64,000 bases of DNA from Vampirovibrionaceae bacterium NZW_1234. Its GTDB lineage: Bacteria; Cyanobacteriota; Vampirovibrionia; Vampirovibrionales; JAGQHJ01. The number at the start of each line of letters is the position of its first letter. Position 1 is the first letter of the stretch. The position numbers and the translations under genes are program-made. The notes below the pieces were generated by a model. It saw only the letters and a list, made by a program, of their open reading frames with translations, was not told where the DNA came from and searched no databases. Below, piece by piece: positions 60,781-64,000 of the stretch. The stretch is taken from contig JBGUGD010000014.1 of assembly GCA_041697335.1 (NCBI GenBank), positions 1 through 64,000 on the forward strand. The letters run 5' to 3'.

Positions 60781-61250
60781 TCTCCTCTGAAACAAATGAC
60801 ACTTGCGCTCACTACCCCCCCTAGAGCGCATTTTTTTTGCGCATTTTTACCCTCCTCGAATTCAGATTTACAAAACTTAAGCAAGTAGCATCCAAAAATC
60901 TTGAGAGGGCTTTATGTAGGCACAACGAGAGATGGTCGGGCGAACACCAGATTTTCCACACACACTATCTCTGCTACCTACACTCACTCTTCTGAATGTT
61001 ACCCCCTCGCCCCCCCTCATTCGTATACGCAGGAGGATGTGAACCGAGATGATGACTTCATTGGATACGCTTTACAGCTATGTTTTTGACAATCTGCTAA
61101 TCCGTGCCGGTCTTGCGACTGTTGATTCCATTGCAAACCTGCCGGATCCGCTTATTTTGGCCCCACAACAGGCCGATAGGATTTCTTAGCTCTCCTCCTA
61201 AAACTAATGACGCTGGCGCTCTCTCCCCCTATACTGAGCGCCTTTTTCTT
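60781..61250 (+). repeat. two copies of a ~60-nt TCTCCT/C-rich-loop hairpin unit (60781-60838, 61191-61250)
   Basis: TCTCCT..AAAC.AATGAC.CT.GCGCTC-(C-rich loop)-GAGCGC-T-tract in both copies. Confidence 0.7.
61049..61189 (+). CDS. candidate 46-aa small protein
   Basis: AGGAGG at 61031; MMTSLDTLYSYVFDNLLIRAGLATVDSIANLPDPLILAPQQADRIS; hairpin follows. Confidence 0.45.
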   Translation: MMTSLDTLYSYVFDNLLIRAGLATVDSIANLPDPLILAPQQADRIS

Positions 61251-61522
61251 TTTGTCGGATTCACAGCCTACTATTCCCGCCAAGCAGCTGACGTGGAGAC
61301 TCTTGCGGTTGAGCGCAACATCAGTCATAATACAATCAGATATTCAAATTTGAATGCTCATAAAAGCATGAAGCCATAAAACATCTACAATTTGTTGATT
61401 AATTAATTTAATGAGGCAATTTCTTGTTGAAGCTTCCCGGCGAGTCATGGTAGGCTAGACCATGGAAGTGGGGATGTTTCCACCGACCTTGAATCACACA
61501 AAACGGATAGGGATTTATAGGG

Positions 61523-62329
61523 ATGCCGCAAACGCTTACTGCAGAAATACTTTTTGAACTTCGCCATATCCTTGCCCAAGATAGTCGTGAGGATGTTCCT
61601 GCGGTCAAAATGGTGTCCCTGGAATTCTGGGAACATGTGAAACAGTGGGTGCATCTTATCTGCGAAGTTCCTAAGCCCTTCACTATTGGTCTCACCGGCG
61701 GATCCGGCTCCGGAAAATCCATGGTTCGCGAGGTCTTGGTCAATGCCTTAAGCGACGTGGCCCAAGTGTCTTCATTTACCCAGGATAACTATTATCGAGA
61801 CTTCGAAAAAGACTTTCCACACCTTCCTCTGGAACGCTTTTATGACGAAATTGACTTCGATGATCCGGCCCACATCCAGTTTGAACAACTGGTTCAGGAT
61901 TTAACCCACTTAAAAACCTTGCAATTTGGGCAAACCTTACATATTCCCAAGCTGGTCTACGGAACTCCCTCCTCAATGCCGACCAGTATTCCCCAGGGTC
62001 TTGCCGTACCGATTCGACCCTTTATCGTAACCGAGGGAATCCACGCGTTTTACAACCCCTCTTTGCGGGCCTTATATGATTTCAAGATTTATGTCGATGT
62101 TGATGAAACCGAACGTCGGGAACGCTGGCTGGCCCGAAATCGCCAGGAAAACCGAGGCACCACCGATAACATGTGGCAAACGACGGTGGATTGTCTCCAT
62201 CAGCATATTCTGCCGAACCGGGCCCATGCCGACTTGGTGCTGAATAACGCCGCACCTCAGGATCAGATTGAGCACTTCATCTACCAGGTGATTCAACTCC
62301 TGCAACAGGCCGCTCAGCGGGCTGCCTGA
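61523..62329 (+). CDS. udk: uridine kinase family protein
   Basis: IGLTGGSGSGKS, QDNYY, FD.P, EGI, D.KIYVD, R..R..ENRG, AD.V. Confidence 0.85.
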   Translation: MPQTLTAEILFELRHILAQDSREDVPAVKMVSLEFWEHVKQWVHLICEVPKPFTIGLTGGSGSGKSMVREVLVNALSDVAQVSSFTQDNYYRDFEKDFPHLPLERFYDEIDFDDPAHIQFEQLVQDLTHLKTLQFGQTLHIPKLVYGTPSSMPTSIPQGLAVPIRPFIVTEGIHAFYNPSLRALYDFKIYVDVDETERRERWLARNRQENRGTTDNMWQTTVDCLHQHILPNRAHADLVLNNAAPQDQIEHFIYQVIQLLQQAAQRAA

Positions 62330-62622
62330 TTCTTGCTCCCTCAGATCATTATCACCAATATAAATTTATAGCCTCTCAGCCACATCGTCTTGAAAAGGAA
62401 CGGCAGAATCTGCCGTTCCTCTGGTTTTGTTGGTGTATCCTCGCTACGGGTCGGATGGACCCGGTACCATGACGAGTCCTCGACCTTGCCTTCTTGGATT
62501 ACCGCTGCAATCACGCAGATACGCCCCTCACAGGAGAGACATCATCGGCGACTACTAACACAAAACGGTGTTCAGGCGATTTAAAAGACTAGTGATTTGT
62601 GACGAGAGAGATTACTGCCTGA

Positions 62623-63948
62623 ATGAGTTCTCCCATAACATTACCACCTGTTCAGCTTCCTGTTGTGACACCCTACAATGCGGCACAAGCCATTTATGGG
62701 CTGAACAAACAATTCAGCCCCTACCGGAAATGGGCCATAGAACCTCTGGCAACCTCACAAAAGCTGATTGAAGAAGCCTATGATCTATTTAAACCCCAGA
62801 TTGAAAGCGTTTTGGAAGACCTCCCTGAAGGAGACTCACGAAAAATGGGCTTTATCGATGCCATTTCGTCCCAAAACCAAGCTCGATTGAGTAAACTGCC
62901 TTCGCCACTAAAACCCTTAATCGATAAACTCGTCGCACTCCGGGCAGCAGCCTTCCCCGAAAGCCAACGCCGGGAAAAGGTTGTCACGAATCAGGTTCGG
63001 CCTTATCTCCCCTTTGTCAAAAATCATATTCGCGATGTTCAATTTAACCAGGCGTTACTCCAAATGGACCCGGATTCCGTGGCCTTGGCTCATCCCAAAA
63101 ACGTTCGCGTGGTGGCCCCGGTCGGCCAGAATTATGGCTCTACAGGCCCTCATGGTATGACTGGCCCCCACGATCTGACCTTGGGCAACAAAGCTTGGCA
63201 ACGAGCCCTTCAAAAAACCGCCAGTATGGATGAGGCCGTCTCCCACTATCTTAACTGGTCAGTCATTCCTGCGGATGCCGACCCGGCTGTTCCCGATTCC
63301 GGTCTCCAAGTGGTCGCTCCGGTAGCCACACGCCGCAGCAACCCCTATGCTTGGCGAAAGGCTGACAACACTAACCCTAACGTCCGTCGGATTGCGGTCT
63401 TCATAGATGACGCCGAAGAAAACATGAAAGACCAAACCGATGGCTTGATGAAGAACTTTATTAAACAGCCCTGGAATGCCTTTAACGCTCAAAGCGGATT
63501 CTCGGGGTATCGGGTGGATGAGATCCTGATTGTACGGCCCCCAACGGCTGAAGAATCGAAGCGAGGGATTACCGTTTATGACAAATTGACACATGCCTTT
63601 GCACAAATGCATGCCTTCACCGAGGACCAAAGAAAACAGGCTAGAGCGCAAGGCCAGGACCCCAAGGCCTTATCGTTTGAAAGTTATATCTCCTGGGCGG
63701 TTCATGGGTCTTCAGAGCTGCCTAAGCACTTGGAACTTCAAGAAAAACAGACTGGGCAAACGTGTCCAGAAAGATTCCGCGAGGGCAGCATGGAATTCCG
63801 GGCCTTGTTTAAACCCCTGGTCCCTGAAAACCACAAGGAAAATGTATCTGAAACGACCCTCAAACACCTGGAACATCAGTATCTCAGCAACTTCCGCTAC
63901 GTTGTCCAGCATCTGACCTCGTGCACCTCGGGAAGCTTTACCGCCTAA
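62623..63948 (+). CDS. hypothetical protein with C-terminal caspase/clan-CD-like His-Gly...Ser-Cys motifs
   Basis: RRIAVFID, YISWAVHGS, VVQHLTSCTSGSF at the extreme C-terminus. Confidence 0.6.
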   Translation: MSSPITLPPVQLPVVTPYNAAQAIYGLNKQFSPYRKWAIEPLATSQKLIEEAYDLFKPQIESVLEDLPEGDSRKMGFIDAISSQNQARLSKLPSPLKPLIDKLVALRAAAFPESQRREKVVTNQVRPYLPFVKNHIRDVQFNQALLQMDPDSVALAHPKNVRVVAPVGQNYGSTGPHGMTGPHDLTLGNKAWQRALQKTASMDEAVSHYLNWSVIPADADPAVPDSGLQVVAPVATRRSNPYAWRKADNTNPNVRRIAVFIDDAEENMKDQTDGLMKNFIKQPWNAFNAQSGFSGYRVDEILIVRPPTAEESKRGITVYDKLTHAFAQMHAFTEDQRKQARAQGQDPKALSFESYISWAVHGSSELPKHLELQEKQTGQTCPERFREGSMEFRALFKPLVPENHKENVSETTLKHLEHQYLSNFRYVVQHLTSCTSGSFTA

Positions 63949-63952
63949 TACG

Positions 63953-63988
63953 ACACCAGGCCTTGCTGAACAGCAAGGCCTGGTGTTT
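63953..63988 (+). terminator. intrinsic terminator
   Basis: ACACCAGGCCTTGCTG/CAGCAAGGCCTGGTGT followed by TT. Confidence 0.85.
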
Positions 63989-64000
63989 GTATTTATGCCG

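Overview
A 64-kb bacterial chromosomal segment. The cyanobacteria-like RRM protein, the absence of photosynthesis genes and the many lineage-specific proteins suggest a non-photosynthetic cyanobacterial relative (Vampirovibrionia/Melainabacteria); this is inference only. Positions 1-2044 look like the distal end of a genomic island: an IS5-family element with TA target duplication and an A5G6 slippage site, an AT-rich orphan gene, and a displaced 3' half of tRNA-Ile2(CAT) acting as the att site. Next come a polyproline protein with two WGDPH autocleavage-like domains, a redox/hydrolase cluster under an MhqR-like MarR regulator with visible operators, a 5-PAS histidine kinase, a cold-shock-like RNA cluster that includes an uncalled 50-aa basic gene, and housekeeping genes (ubiE/menG, rpe, dcd, folC, udk, PilM/N/O-like, BI-1). 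The strongest unexplained pattern is about ten unrelated proteins (deamidase-like, acyltransferase, EEP, SIMPL, nitrilase-like, orphans) that share a Ser/Pro/Thr-rich non-Sec leader ending in an x-F-[GS] motif, a candidate export/effector signal. Other leads are a shared leader on two Ca2+-linked Pro/Cys-rich proteins, a caspase-fold-like protein ending just after its Cys, a structured RNA candidate upstream of an orphan-dcd operon, duplicated C-rich sRNA-like units, and 11-bp-phased repeats between convergent genes. All product calls come from motif recognition by eye; no searches were run.
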